This document shows, in pieces, positions 37,124 through 47,483 of a stretch of DNA of 58,498 nucleotides (the first letter of the stretch is position 1; every line of letters begins with the position of its first letter). The notes under the pieces were generated by a model that saw only the letters and a list, made by a program, of their open reading frames with translations, searched no databases and had not been told where the DNA came from. The translations under genes were made by a program, and so were the position numbers. Location of the stretch: sequence record SRR20825010_1483; one strand, 5' to 3'.

Positions 37124-37345
37124 ATGAGCGAAGAAATTAAAAATGAAGAGCAAGAGGATTCAAAGCTAACAGCCAAAGAAGCCTTTGATTTCGGTCCAGT
37201 TTTAGGTTATTTTTTCAGAAAGAAAGACCCTTCTCGGCCTACAAACTTCAACATCAAGGCCATGCACACTGTCAATAAAATTTCGATCATTATGTTTCTA
37301 ATAGCGGTCATCGTTATTGTGAGCAGAGCGATTGGAAGGATGTAA
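37124..37345 (+). CDS. Small membrane protein (DUF6728-like)
   Basis: YFFRKKDPSRPTNFNIKAMHTVNKISI plus C-terminal TM. Confidence 0.75.
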   Translation: MSEEIKNEEQEDSKLTAKEAFDFGPVLGYFFRKKDPSRPTNFNIKAMHTVNKISIIMFLIAVIVIVSRAIGRM

Positions 37346-37371
37346 GTATAGCCTCACCTAATTTTTAAACT

Positions 37372-37728
37372 ATGTACATTGATGAGTTCAGAGAATATTG
37401 TATTGCTAAAAAAGGGGTGACTGAACACACACCTTTCGGGCCAGATACGCTTGTGATGAAAGTAATGGGTAAAATGTTTGCGCTCACTGGACTCGATGTA
37501 TACGAATACATCAATTTAAAATGCGATCCCGAATATGCTGCTGAACTTCGGGAAAAAGAACCCGGAATTACCCCAGGCTGGCATATGAACAAAACGCATT
37601 GGAATTCAGTAAAAACTGATAGTACAGTTTCTGAAAGCCTAATGAAAGAATTGATTGATCACTCCTATAGCCTTGTAGTAGAGGGTTTACCCAAGAAGGT
37701 CAAAGAAGAGTGGCTTTCGCTCAAATAA
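37372..37728 (+). CDS. MmcQ/YjbR family DNA-binding protein
   Basis: PFGPDTLVMKVMGKMFAL, NLKCDPE, PGWHMNKTHWNSV. Confidence 0.93.
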   Translation: MYIDEFREYCIAKKGVTEHTPFGPDTLVMKVMGKMFALTGLDVYEYINLKCDPEYAAELREKEPGITPGWHMNKTHWNSVKTDSTVSESLMKELIDHSYSLVVEGLPKKVKEEWLSLK

Positions 37729-37788
37729 AAGATTGTTAGGACCATACCATTTTTTTAAAATAACTTTTGCCTAAACCATTTGCTTAGT

Positions 37789-37796
37789 TACCTTTG
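37789..37796 (+). promoter_or_regulatory. -7 promoter box of the his operon (TTTG -33 element near 37766-37769)
   Basis: TACCTTTG matches TAnnTTTG. Confidence 0.7.
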
Positions 37797-37802
37797 CTCT
37801 TG

Positions 37803-37871
37803 ATGTTGAAAAACACACATATCACTTCTACTACTGCACCTCACGTGCATCATTTCCACCATCTCTCGTAA
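37803..37871 (+). CDS. hisL: his operon leader peptide (22 aa)
   Basis: MLKNTHITSTTAPHVHHFHHLS*, 6 His codons with 5 clustered, upstream of hisG. Confidence 0.85.
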   Translation: MLKNTHITSTTAPHVHHFHHLS

Positions 37872-38063
37872 GAGAGATATATATAACACCCTACCCGGCA
37901 GGTTCTGCCGGAACATTCGATTCAATTAATTACCCATTTCAGCTTAGCAGTTCATTTTTATGTTCGCTTTTCTGAAAAACTCAAATCATTTCCTTAACAT
38001 TTAGAGTTAGGTAGGCCTAAAACTTCGATAATCGATTTACCCGAACTCTACAATAACAAACAG

Positions 38064-38924
38064 ATGAAAAATACTTTGCGCATAGCAGTACAAAAAAGTG
38101 GCAGATTAAGCGATGACTCGCTCGCATTAATTAAAGAATGTGGTATTAAAGTGAATAACGGTATGGGGAAACTCAAAGCCGATGCCTCAAACTTTCCTAT
38201 GGAATTTCTATTCTTAAGAGATGACGATATTCCTGGTTATGTTCAAGATGGAATTGCCGATATCGGAATTGTTGGCGCCAATGAAGCCGAAGAAAAGGAT
38301 AAGCAAGTAGATTGGGTTAAGAAATTAGGCTTCTCAAAATGTCGTCTTTCATTGGCCATCGACAAAGCCGAAGCTTATAATGGAATTCAGGACTTTGAAG
38401 GCAAGAGTTTGGCCACTTCATACCCGAAAATATTAGGGGATTACCTCAAGGCGAATAACATCAATGCCGACATTCACGAAATCAGTGGTTCAGTAGAAAT
38501 TGCTCCGAGCATCGGTTTGGCTTATGGCATTTGCGATATTGTTAGTTCGGGTTCCACCTTAATGAGTAATGGACTGAAAGAGGTAGAAGTGATTTTTAAG
38601 TCGGAAGCCGTAATGCTAGCCAACAAAAACCTTTCAGCAGAGAAAAAGGAAATTCTCGATCGACTTATTTTTAGAATTGATTCTGTTCAGGCTGCAAAGA
38701 ATAACAAGTACATTTTGTTAAACGCGCCAAACGATGCTTTGGAGAAAATCATCAGCATTCTTCCTGGAATGAAAAGCCCAACGGTTTTGCCTTTGGCGAC
38801 TGAAGGGTGGAGTTCAGTTCATTCTGTAATTCAAGAAGATGATTTTTGGGAGATTATTGAAGAACTTCGCAATGCAGGTGCACAAGGAATTCTGGTAGTG
38901 CCAATCGAAAAGATGATTCTATGA
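38064..38924 (+). CDS. hisG: ATP phosphoribosyltransferase (long form)
   Basis: IAVQKSGRL, LRDDDIPGYV, GSVEIAP, DIVSSGSTL. Confidence 0.98.
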   Translation: MKNTLRIAVQKSGRLSDDSLALIKECGIKVNNGMGKLKADASNFPMEFLFLRDDDIPGYVQDGIADIGIVGANEAEEKDKQVDWVKKLGFSKCRLSLAIDKAEAYNGIQDFEGKSLATSYPKILGDYLKANNINADIHEISGSVEIAPSIGLAYGICDIVSSGSTLMSNGLKEVEVIFKSEAVMLANKNLSAEKKEILDRLIFRIDSVQAAKNNKYILLNAPNDALEKIISILPGMKSPTVLPLATEGWSSVHSVIQEDDFWEIIEELRNAGAQGILVVPIEKMIL

Positions 38925-40210
38925 TTGTAGCGATCAATCCAAAAAGAAATGAGTGGGAGGCTTTATTAAAGCGGCCAACCATGGAATTGGAAGCCATTGA
39001 GGCCATTGTAAAGCCTGTAATGGACGCGGTGAAAACAGAGGGCGACCAAGCTTTGATCGACTTCACCAAGAAGTTTGATGGTGTAGAAATAACCGATTTC
39101 GAAGTTACTTCAGCGGAAGTAGATGCTGCTGTTGATTTGGTTTCGGAAGAGTTGAAGGCCGCAATTCGCATTGCAAAACAGAACATTGAGACTTTTCATG
39201 CTGCCCAAAAGGGTAAGGTGCTGAAGGTTGAAACCATGCCCGGTGTGAATTGCTACCGTAAATCCGTGGCCATCGAAAAAGTGGGTTTGTACATCCCAGG
39301 AGGGACAGCGCCATTATTTTCTACCGTTTTGATGTTGGCTGTTCCTGCGAAAATTGCAGGCTGCAATGAGATTGTGTTGTGTACACCTCCGAATAAAAAC
39401 GGAAATGTCAATCCAGCCATTTTGTTTACCGCACAATTAGTGGGGGTCACCAAAATTTACAAAGTGGGCGGGGCACAAGCCATTGCTGCCTTAACCTTTG
39501 GAACGGAAACGATTCCGAAAGTAAATAAGATTTTTGGCCCTGGAAACCAGTTCGTGACTGCTGCCAAACAGCTTTCAACCAAGCACGGTTTGGCCATCGA
39601 TATGCCTGCTGGCCCTTCTGAAGTGGCAGTATATGCAGATGAAACGGCCATGCCTGCTTTCGTAGCTGCAGATTTACTCTCTCAAGCAGAACATGGTGCA
39701 GACTCTCAAGTGGTGTTGGTGGCATCTTCTGAAGAAATTGTAAACGAGGTTCAGCAGGAAGTGCAAACACAGTTGTTGGCTTTGCCAAGGGCAGAATTGG
39801 CTTCTAAAGCCTTGAAAAACAGCGTGTCAATTGTGTTAGAGCAAAGAGCGCAAGCGATTGATTTATTGAACGAATACGGGGCTGAGCACTTGATTCTATG
39901 TGTTGAAAAACCTTGGGACGTGGCAGATCGAATCATTAATGCAGGCTCTGTATTTATAGGGAATTACACTCCTGAATCGGCAGGAGATTACGCTTCGGGT
40001 ACAAATCACACACTGCCCACCAATGGCTATGCAAAAATGTACAGCGGTGTTTCTTTGGATAGTTATGTGAAGAAGATCACTTATCAGGAAATCACGAAAG
40101 AAGGACTTAAGAACTTGGGGCCTGTGGTGGAAGTTATGGCCGAAGCTGAATTGCTAGAAGCACATAAGAATGCGGTTACTTTGAGACTTAAATCTTTGAA
40201 TAATGTTTGA
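38921..40210 (+). CDS. hisD: Histidinol dehydrogenase
   Basis: GLYIPGG, GPGNQFV, DMPAGPSE, LSQAEHG, GDYASGTNHTLPT. Confidence 0.98.
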   Translation: MIVAINPKRNEWEALLKRPTMELEAIEAIVKPVMDAVKTEGDQALIDFTKKFDGVEITDFEVTSAEVDAAVDLVSEELKAAIRIAKQNIETFHAAQKGKVLKVETMPGVNCYRKSVAIEKVGLYIPGGTAPLFSTVLMLAVPAKIAGCNEIVLCTPPNKNGNVNPAILFTAQLVGVTKIYKVGGAQAIAALTFGTETIPKVNKIFGPGNQFVTAAKQLSTKHGLAIDMPAGPSEVAVYADETAMPAFVAADLLSQAEHGADSQVVLVASSEEIVNEVQQEVQTQLLALPRAELASKALKNSVSIVLEQRAQAIDLLNEYGAEHLILCVEKPWDVADRIINAGSVFIGNYTPESAGDYASGTNHTLPTNGYAKMYSGVSLDSYVKKITYQEITKEGLKNLGPVVEVMAEAELLEAHKNAVTLRLKSLNNV

Positions 40211-41249
40211 TCCGAACGCACTTTTAAGAGTGCACTTGCAGAAGTTAGTGCCTTATTCGTCTGCCAGAGATGATTACAAAGGTAACGAAGGGGTCTTTTT
40301 AGATGCCAACGAGAACCCGCTGGGTTCAATTACGGAAGAAGATTGGAATCGTTATCCTGATCCATACCAGAAGGATTTGAAAGCCAAAATTGCTCAGATC
40401 AAGGGCGTGAGGTCAGAAAACATCTTTTTAGGGAACGGTAGTGATGAACCTATTGATTTATTGTTCAGGGCTTTTTGTGAGCCGGGGAAGGATAATGTGA
40501 TCATCAATCCGCCCACTTACGGTATGTATAAGGTAAGTGCCGACATCAATAATGTAGAGGCAAGTGAGGTATTGCTGACAGCCAATTATGATTTAGACGT
40601 GGAGGCGATTAAATCTACCATTGACGAACACACTAAAATAATTTTTATCTGTACGCCAAATAACCCGACAGGCAATGATGTGTCGCTGGATAAGATTGAA
40701 GAGGTGCTTCGATTTTTCAAAGGAATTGTTTTGGTAGACGAAGCTTACGTGGACTTTACAAGCAGACAGAGTTTTGTACAGAGGCTTGAAGAATTCCCCA
40801 ACTTATTGGTCCTTCAAACTTTCAGCAAAGCTTGGGGTTTGGCTGCCCTAAGGCTGGGAATGGCTTTCGCTTCTGAAGAAATATTAATGATTCTGAACAG
40901 AATAAAAGCACCTTATAACCTAAGTGGACTAGTGCAAAAAACCGTTTTGAAAGCTTTAGATAACCTTGAAAAGAAAGATGAAATGGTAAATCAAATTCTG
41001 AAAAACAGAGAAACCTTAGGAGAAGCCTTAAAGCAGGTTGCTATGATTAAAACTATATGTATTACGGATTCAAATTTTTTTTTAGTGAAATTGGAGAATG
41101 CTTCGGAGGTATATAAGAAACTAATCGAACAGAAAATCATTCTACGTGACCGCTCTAAAGTGGCGCTTTGCGAAGGAGGAATTAGAATTACTGTAGGCAC
41201 TGAAAAAGAAAATGAATTACTGATTGAGGTGCTCAAAAACTTCAATTAG
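40203..41249 (+). CDS. hisC: Histidinol-phosphate aminotransferase
   Basis: LDANENP, NRYPDP, GNGSDE, PNNPTG, DEAY, TFSKAWGLAALRLG. Confidence 0.97.
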   Translation: MFDPNALLRVHLQKLVPYSSARDDYKGNEGVFLDANENPLGSITEEDWNRYPDPYQKDLKAKIAQIKGVRSENIFLGNGSDEPIDLLFRAFCEPGKDNVIINPPTYGMYKVSADINNVEASEVLLTANYDLDVEAIKSTIDEHTKIIFICTPNNPTGNDVSLDKIEEVLRFFKGIVLVDEAYVDFTSRQSFVQRLEEFPNLLVLQTFSKAWGLAALRLGMAFASEEILMILNRIKAPYNLSGLVQKTVLKALDNLEKKDEMVNQILKNRETLGEALKQVAMIKTICITDSNFFLVKLENASEVYKKLIEQKIILRDRSKVALCEGGIRITVGTEKENELLIEVLKNFN

Positions 41250-41268
41250 AAACAATGACAGTTGAGTG

Positions 41269-41293
41269 GTCATGCTGAACTTGTTTCAGTATC
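41269..41293 (+). repeat. REP-like palindrome between hisC and hisB
   Basis: GTCATGCTGAACTTGTTTCAGTATC hairpin. Confidence 0.55.
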
Positions 41294-41394
41294 CGTTAAT
41301 TATCACAAGAAATTTTATGCTAATCAAGAAATAGGAAAAGCAGAGTTACTAAATAATTAGCGGTGCACTAAACACTAACAACTTATTCAACCAA

Positions 41395-42495
41395 ATGATG
41401 AAAAAAATACTCTTTATAGATCGTGACGGTACGATCATAGTTGAACCGAAAACCGACTTTCAAGTAGATTCTTTAGAGAAACTTGAGTTTTTACCGGGAG
41501 CCATTTCGAACCTAAGAAAAATTGCAGAACAGCTAGACTATCTGCTTGTGATGGTGACCAACCAGGATGGATTGGGGACGGATTCCTTCCCTGAAGACAC
41601 TTTCTGGCCAGCGCAGAATAAGATGCTCACAACCCTTGAAGGCGAAGGCATAGTGTTTGATGAAATTATCATTGATCGTACTTTTGCTCACGAAAATGCG
41701 CCAACGCGTAAACCGGGAACAGCTTTACTTACTCAATTCACCAATGGTGATTATGATTTGGCCAATTCTTTCGTTTTGGGCGACAGGGAAACTGACATTC
41801 AACTGGCAGAAAACCTTGGGTCAAAAGCTATTTTTATTGCTGAGGAGCAAAATGAACAAGCAGTATTGAGCACCACCAGTTGGGATGAGATTTTTACGTT
41901 TTTACAAATGCCTGAAAGAAAGGCAGAAGTACACCGTGTTACCAAAGAGACTGATATATGGATTCAATTAAACTTAGATGGGACAGGCCAATGCAATAAC
42001 GAAACAGGCTTGGGCTTCTTCGACCACATGCTCGATCAATTGGGGAAACACTCTGGCGCAGACTTAACGGTGAAGGTGAAAGGCGATTTACACATTGATG
42101 AACACCACACCATTGAGGATACCGCTTTGGCTTTGGGTGAAGCTTATGCACAAGCGATAGGTGACAAGAAAGGCTTGAATCGTTATGGATTTTTACTACC
42201 AATGGACGAAGCCTTGGCACAAGTGGCTATCGATTTTAGTGGCAGGCCTTGGCTGGTTTGGGAAGCCGAATTCAAACGCGAAATGGTGGGCGATATGCCA
42301 ACGGAAATGTTCATGCACTTCTTTAAATCATTTTCGGATGCATCCAAGTGTAATTTGAATGTGAAAGTGGAAGGCGACAATGAACATCACAAAATTGAAT
42401 CGATCTTTAAAGCTTTCGCTAAAGCCATTAAAATGGCGGTAAAACGAAATGCAGATGAAATGGACAGGCTGCCGAGTACTAAAGGCGTACTTTAG
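41395..42495 (+). CDS. hisB: Bifunctional histidinol-phosphatase / imidazoleglycerol-phosphate dehydratase
   Basis: FIDRDGT HAD domain; [29 protein letters not shown]. Confidence 0.97.
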   Translation: MMKKILFIDRDGTIIVEPKTDFQVDSLEKLEFLPGAISNLRKIAEQLDYLLVMVTNQDGLGTDSFPEDTFWPAQNKMLTTLEGEGIVFDEIIIDRTFAHENAPTRKPGTALLTQFTNGDYDLANSFVLGDRETDIQLAENLGSKAIFIAEEQNEQAVLSTTSWDEIFTFLQMPERKAEVHRVTKETDIWIQLNLDGTGQCNNETGLGFFDHMLDQLGKHSGADLTVKVKGDLHIDEHHTIEDTALALGEAYAQAIGDKKGLNRYGFLLPMDEALAQVAIDFSGRPWLVWEAEFKREMVGDMPTEMFMHFFKSFSDASKCNLNVKVEGDNEHHKIESIFKAFAKAIKMAVKRNADEMDRLPSTKGVL

Positions 42496-42503
42496 TCTTA
42501 TTA

Positions 42504-42531
42504 CAACAGTCGAGAAATACCTCGGCTGTTG
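42504..42531. terminator. Hairpin between convergent genes
   Basis: CAACAGTCGAG-aaatac-CTCGGCTGTTG. Confidence 0.55.
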
Positions 42532-42537
42532 ATTTAC

Positions 42538-42921
42538 TTACTTAATAACCTTCTTGGCTTCTAGGGTTTGTCCGTCTTCACGAATCATGAGCAGCTTTTC
42601 GATTTTCCCATCCGCTCCTTTTACAAACTCAATGTCTACTCCGAATTTTTTAAGGTAGAACAGGTTTTTCTTTAATGGTTTTAATTCGACAGGTATTTGA
42701 TCTGGGCCAACAGCTTTAATGGAATCACCTTCGTAAACGATTTTTAAATAGGAGCCAGGGTTCATTTCATAATCACCGGGATAGGAATTAAGCAACTCTT
42801 TTGCGATACTGATTTTCTTGTCTTGTGCCGTTTCCGATTGCGCAGAAAGGTTTTGCGAAAAAAAGCCCACAAGTATTACAACTGTAAAAATTCTGAATAG
42901 GGAACGGAATATATTTTTCAT
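42538..42921 (-). CDS. Secreted DUF3471-like protein
   Basis: Signal peptide; LNSYPGDYEM...IEFVKGADGKIEKL. Confidence 0.7.
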   Translation of the reverse strand: MKNIFRSLFRIFTVVILVGFFSQNLSAQSETAQDKKISIAKELLNSYPGDYEMNPGSYLKIVYEGDSIKAVGPDQIPVELKPLKKNLFYLKKFGVDIEFVKGADGKIEKLLMIREDGQTLEAKKVIK

Positions 42922-43119
42922 ATCTGTTTTTATTGATAAGACCTCCCATTAAACCAACTAGTTAACATCCGTTCAATACTAATATACCAATGAAGGAAAT
43001 GATGAGCTCAATCATAGGATTCCATCTACCAATTGATATAATAGTTAGAATTTATTTGAGCGGAATTCTATATCTGATATTGGTCGCAGGATTAATTTAA
43101 ATTTTTGTTATTTCGAAAG

Positions 43120-44040
43120 ATGAAATTTTTAATGGCTTTTTTCGCCTTGTTATTGATGGGGCAAGCTCAGGCTCAAAGTTTAGATTGGTGGGATCAAATG
43201 CATAATTATCCCGATGCTGCAGGCCCAGACCGCTTGGATTATATTTCTATATCACCTGGTTTTATGGGGCCAAATGCGCTTAGAATGCCTGTTTTGGGAA
43301 ATGTGATTATCGATAATAATATATCATTTGACATACGTTACGAACACCATGTAGGGAACGGAGACATAACAGATAATGCTTTTCTTCAATTTAACTTCCC
43401 AATAAAAAGAGATAGAGCAATGTTCTACGTGAACAGTATTCCGCTCGAAAAATGGAATGTAGAGGCATCCACCCGTGATGAGCGCAGGATGATGGGTATT
43501 TCTGGAGAGGGAAGAACAACAGGAGATATCGCTTTTGGCGTAGTGTATAAAATCTTTGATGAAGATAAAATGGGGCCGTTCAATTTTGCTATGCGCGCTC
43601 ATGCTAAAACAACTACTGGTGGTAACTTAGCAAATGCTCGGTATACGGATGCTGGTATGTTGTATTGGGAAGGGACTTTTAGTAAGTCGTTTTTGGAGCA
43701 GGAGAGCTCGCGTTTTTTGGGGAAAATGATGTTAGGTTTTTATACTTTCCAAACCAATGTTAACCGTTTAATCAATGGATCAACTGAAAGACAGAATGAT
43801 GCACCATTGTATGGTTTGGGTTTAGAGTATCACCATTCTAAATGGCAAATGGATGCAGATTGGTCTAATTATCAGGGATATCAGAAGCATAGAGACAACC
43901 CTTCTTTCCTTCGTTTTAATTTGACTAGACAACTGAGTGGAGGAACTATTAGTTTAGGTTATCATCACGGATTAAGACAATGGGACTGGGACACTTTTTC
44001 AATCAATTACAGAATTAATGTAAGTGAAGTTTTAGACTAA
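43120..44040 (+). CDS. Hypothetical exported/outer-membrane beta-rich protein
   Basis: Signal peptide AQAQ; SPGFMGPNAL; alternating aromatic strands. Confidence 0.6.
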   Translation: MKFLMAFFALLLMGQAQAQSLDWWDQMHNYPDAAGPDRLDYISISPGFMGPNALRMPVLGNVIIDNNISFDIRYEHHVGNGDITDNAFLQFNFPIKRDRAMFYVNSIPLEKWNVEASTRDERRMMGISGEGRTTGDIAFGVVYKIFDEDKMGPFNFAMRAHAKTTTGGNLANARYTDAGMLYWEGTFSKSFLEQESSRFLGKMMLGFYTFQTNVNRLINGSTERQNDAPLYGLGLEYHHSKWQMDADWSNYQGYQKHRDNPSFLRFNLTRQLSGGTISLGYHHGLRQWDWDTFSINYRINVSEVLD

Positions 44041-44157
44041 CCCTTCGTCAAATCTCGTCAGTAATCTTACCTGACTTAAGTCACCTTTTTTACTAATCAT
44101 CATCAGCAGTGATTCTTTTTATTGCCTTTATCTTTGTTTTAAGAAAAAGGTAATACC

Positions 44158-45429
44158 ATGGAATATACTACAGCCGAAAAGGCAGTTGAATTAATAAAAT
44201 CAGGCGATAAAGTGTTTATTCACACGGCAGCAGCTACACCTCAAGCCTTGGTGCAAGCCATGACGGATATGGCTGATGCGCTGAAAGGCGTTGAGATTTT
44301 TCACTTACACACAGAAGGAATAGCTCCATATACGAGAAAGGAACTGTCGAAGAGCTTTCATACCAATTCGCTTTTTGTCGGGGGAAATTGTCGCGATGCT
44401 ATTGCTGAAGGGCAAGCTGACTTCATTCCCTGCTTTTTAAGCGAAGTGCCTATCATGTTCCGTAGAGGTGTGATTCCAATTGATGTGGCCCTAATACAGG
44501 TTTCACCACCCGATGTACATGGTTTTACTTCTTTAGGTGTTTCTGTAGACGCGAGTTTGGCTGCTGCAGAAAGTGCCAAAATAATAATCGCTCAAGTCAA
44601 TCCGAATATGCCACGTACCCATGGTGATGGAATGATACACATTCGGAATTTTGACGCTATGGTATGGAGCGAGGAACCAATTTATGAAGCCAAGGCCCAT
44701 CAACTTTCAGACGCTGAGGTGAAAATGGGGGGTTATATCGCTGAAATGATTGAGGATGGTTCAACATTACAAATGGGAATTGGATCAATACCAGATGCTG
44801 TTTTAGCTTCGCTAGGGAATCATAAGGATTTGGGCGTACACACTGAAATGTTTTCTGATGGAATAATTCCTTTAATGAAGAGTGGGGTGATTAATAATAA
44901 GTTTAAGAAGAAACATCCTCATGCCTTGGTTTCTGGTTTTATGATTGGTTCAAGGGAGTTGTATGATTTTGTTGACGATAACCCTTCTATTAGAATGTTG
45001 GATATTGAATATGTGAATGACACCAGGGTGATCAGACAAAATCCCAAGGTAATAAGCATCAATAGTGCGATAGAAGTAGATCTTACTGGTCAGGTATGTG
45101 CCGATTCTATTGGTACAAAAATATATTCTGGTGTTGGAGGCCAAATGGATTTTATTCGTGGCGCCTCACTTTCTGAAGGGGGAAAGCCGATTATTGCCTT
45201 GTCTTCTGTGACAAGCAAAGGAGAAAGTAAAATTGCTTCTTTTTTAAAGCCAGGGGCAGGTGTGGTGACAACTAGGGCTCACGTACATTATATTGTTACT
45301 GAATATGGTGTTGCAAACCTTTATGGCAAATCATTAAGGCAGCGGGCGAAGGCATTGATTGGTATTGCTCATCCAGATCATCGGGAGCGATTAGAACGCG
45401 AAGCTTTTATACGCTTTGTTCATTTTTAG
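44158..45429 (+). CDS. Acetyl-CoA hydrolase / 4-hydroxybutyrate CoA-transferase family
   Basis: LQMGIGSIPDAV, HTEMFSDG, SGVGGQMDF, VTEYGVA; TATCTTTG box at 44129-44136. Confidence 0.93.
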   Translation: MEYTTAEKAVELIKSGDKVFIHTAAATPQALVQAMTDMADALKGVEIFHLHTEGIAPYTRKELSKSFHTNSLFVGGNCRDAIAEGQADFIPCFLSEVPIMFRRGVIPIDVALIQVSPPDVHGFTSLGVSVDASLAAAESAKIIIAQVNPNMPRTHGDGMIHIRNFDAMVWSEEPIYEAKAHQLSDAEVKMGGYIAEMIEDGSTLQMGIGSIPDAVLASLGNHKDLGVHTEMFSDGIIPLMKSGVINNKFKKKHPHALVSGFMIGSRELYDFVDDNPSIRMLDIEYVNDTRVIRQNPKVISINSAIEVDLTGQVCADSIGTKIYSGVGGQMDFIRGASLSEGGKPIIALSSVTSKGESKIASFLKPGAGVVTTRAHVHYIVTEYGVANLYGKSLRQRAKALIGIAHPDHRERLEREAFIRFVHF

Positions 45430-45542
45430 GAGTGAAAAGTGGTTTTTGATTTTGAATTTAAAAGATCACTAAGGGTATGCATTTAGTTTGGTGTTATTTG
45501 AACGAGACATTTTGAAGATTGAATCTTCACATTAACTACCTT

Positions 45543-45574
45543 GAATTCCAGTGTTCAACTGGAATTCGTTTTTT
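45543..45574 (+). terminator. Intrinsic terminator-like hairpin
   Basis: GAATTCCAGT-gttca-ACTGGAATTC then GTTTTTT. Confidence 0.65.
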
Positions 45575-45589
45575 AAGGCCACTCTGATT

Positions 45590-46855
45590 ATGATTAAATT
45601 CTATTTATCGATCTCGCTCCTTTTTATTTCCACTTTAGCTTTTAGCCAAAAAAACCTTAATGAATACTTTCAAGAAGGCCTTGCAGCTTATGAAGCCAAG
45701 GACTATAAACTGTATTTGGAAACAATGGAAGCGATTGATGAGATTAGGCCTAATTACCCTGTTGTAGTTTATAATTTGGCAGGCGCCTACGCCTTGAATG
45801 GTAGAAAAATCAGAAGTATTCAACGCCTCAATCAATTGCTGTTGATGGACGCAACCTACGATTTTCAGCAAGATGAAGATTTTAAGAATATCAGAAGAAA
45901 TAAGGGATATGACGAGTTAATTGAACTTCAAGAGAAACTCAATAGGGTAGAAGAACACGATGAGGTATTTCGTACTATAGATGCTGGCGAAATTCATCCA
46001 GAAAGTTTTGTGATCATGGACAATGGCGACATTCTTTTGGGAAGTGTTCGAGAGAAAAAGATCATTAGAGTTGACCCTGAAGGAAGTAAAATTGATTTAG
46101 TAAAAACAGAATACTCCGTGTTGGGAATGCACATTGATCCTAACAACGGACTGCTTTGGGCGGCTACTGCCGTCATGCCTGAAATGATCAATTATAACCC
46201 AGCAGATAAAGGTAAAAGCCTTATTATACAAATCGACCCAAATTCTGGTATGGTAATTCAGGGTTTGGAGTACGATGAAGGGACAATCATTGGAGATTTA
46301 GCGATCGACAAGCAATCGAGGGTTTGGCTTTCCAATTCACTAGAACCGACTTTAGCAAGAGATAATACAGATACAACAGATTATATAGGTGCCTTTGTTA
46401 GAAAGCAATTCGATCTATCGAATGGCTTTTTCAATCTCCAAGGTTTGGCCTTGACAGATGATGAGAAATACCTATACTTGGCCGATTACATTACGGGGAT
46501 TCACCGAATTACTGTTGAGACAGATGATATTGAAAAGGTGTTTGCTCAAGAAGATGTGCTTTTAAAAGGAATTGATGGGCTGTATTATTATGAGAATAGT
46601 TTAATCGCTATCCATAATGGTGTTAAGCCTTATAGGGTGATGCAGTATTTTTTGGATGATACTGGCCAGCATATCCTGTTCGGTAGAGTCATTAATCAAG
46701 GCGGGGCATCTTTGGGGGAACCCACCTTAGGGCAAGTTAAAGATGGCTATTTCTATTATTTAGCCAATAGTCCTTGGACAGCCTACAATGAAGAAGGAGA
46801 ACTGGATTTGAGCAAAGTAAAGCCCATTGAAATTAGAAGGATTAAGTTGAATTAA
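45590..46855 (+). CDS. Secreted TPR plus SMP-30/gluconolactonase-like beta-propeller protein
   Basis: Signal peptide; YNLAGAYAL; HPES, LQGLAL, GIDGL blade motifs. Confidence 0.7.
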   Translation: MIKFYLSISLLFISTLAFSQKNLNEYFQEGLAAYEAKDYKLYLETMEAIDEIRPNYPVVVYNLAGAYALNGRKIRSIQRLNQLLLMDATYDFQQDEDFKNIRRNKGYDELIELQEKLNRVEEHDEVFRTIDAGEIHPESFVIMDNGDILLGSVREKKIIRVDPEGSKIDLVKTEYSVLGMHIDPNNGLLWAATAVMPEMINYNPADKGKSLIIQIDPNSGMVIQGLEYDEGTIIGDLAIDKQSRVWLSNSLEPTLARDNTDTTDYIGAFVRKQFDLSNGFFNLQGLALTDDEKYLYLADYITGIHRITVETDDIEKVFAQEDVLLKGIDGLYYYENSLIAIHNGVKPYRVMQYFLDDTGQHILFGRVINQGGASLGEPTLGQVKDGYFYYLANSPWTAYNEEGELDLSKVKPIEIRRIKLN

Positions 46856-46866
46856 CACGAAAACCT

Positions 46867-47415
46867 ATGCGTTCTAGAATTCTACTTTTCCTTTTAGTTG
46901 TTTTTCAATCTAATTGTTTGCTCGGGCAATCCCTTACCGTAGAATATGTAGATCAGTATATTCAAATGAGCCAACCAAATATAAAGTTTGGTAAGTTAGA
47001 AAGGTTGTATGTTGTTGATGGTGTTCCTTATGATAGTATTGGAATCGAATCTATTCTCATTAAATACAATCTTGGCGATAAATTTCTCTCTGTAGATTAT
47101 CTCTTTTCGGATTCACTTTCAACAACTATTTTTAAACCAAATTTGTTGATTGTCCTGATTCATAAAGCTCAGTCTTTAAAGTTGAAGGACAAGAAAAATG
47201 AACTTCAAAAGGTTAGAGAAGTGTTTTCAAATGCCACAGAATTCCCTGCTTTTATGATAAATGACAAACAAATAGGTATTGAAGAGGCTAGACAATCTAT
47301 TTTAGTCTTGAAGCCTAGAAGCATAGACCATATTAGAATTAATAAGCATGCTCCACTCTCTATTTATGGAACTGAAGCTAAAAATGAGTTGGTAAGAATT
47401 TGGACAAAGAACTGA
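46867..47415 (+). CDS. Hypothetical exported protein (TonB-plug-like fragments)
   Basis: LYVVDGVP and SIYGTEAKN motifs; signal peptide. Confidence 0.55.
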   Translation: MRSRILLFLLVVFQSNCLLGQSLTVEYVDQYIQMSQPNIKFGKLERLYVVDGVPYDSIGIESILIKYNLGDKFLSVDYLFSDSLSTTIFKPNLLIVLIHKAQSLKLKDKKNELQKVREVFSNATEFPAFMINDKQIGIEEARQSILVLKPRSIDHIRINKHAPLSIYGTEAKNELVRIWTKN

Positions 47416-47429
47416 AGTTGTACCCTATT

Positions 47430-47465
47430 AAAAAGCCCTGCGTTCATATGAGCGCAGGGCTTTTT
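47430..47465. terminator. Bidirectional intrinsic terminator
   Basis: AAAAAGCCCTGCGTTCA-TA-TGAGCGCAGGGCTTTTT between convergent genes. Confidence 0.85.
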
Positions 47466-47483
47466 GCTAAAATCTGGTTTGCT

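Noticed and set aside
44072-44083. TGACTTAAGTCA palindrome upstream of the CoA-transferase
   Set aside because: Could be a CRP/FNR-family site, but it is a single 12-bp instance with no supporting regulator nearby.
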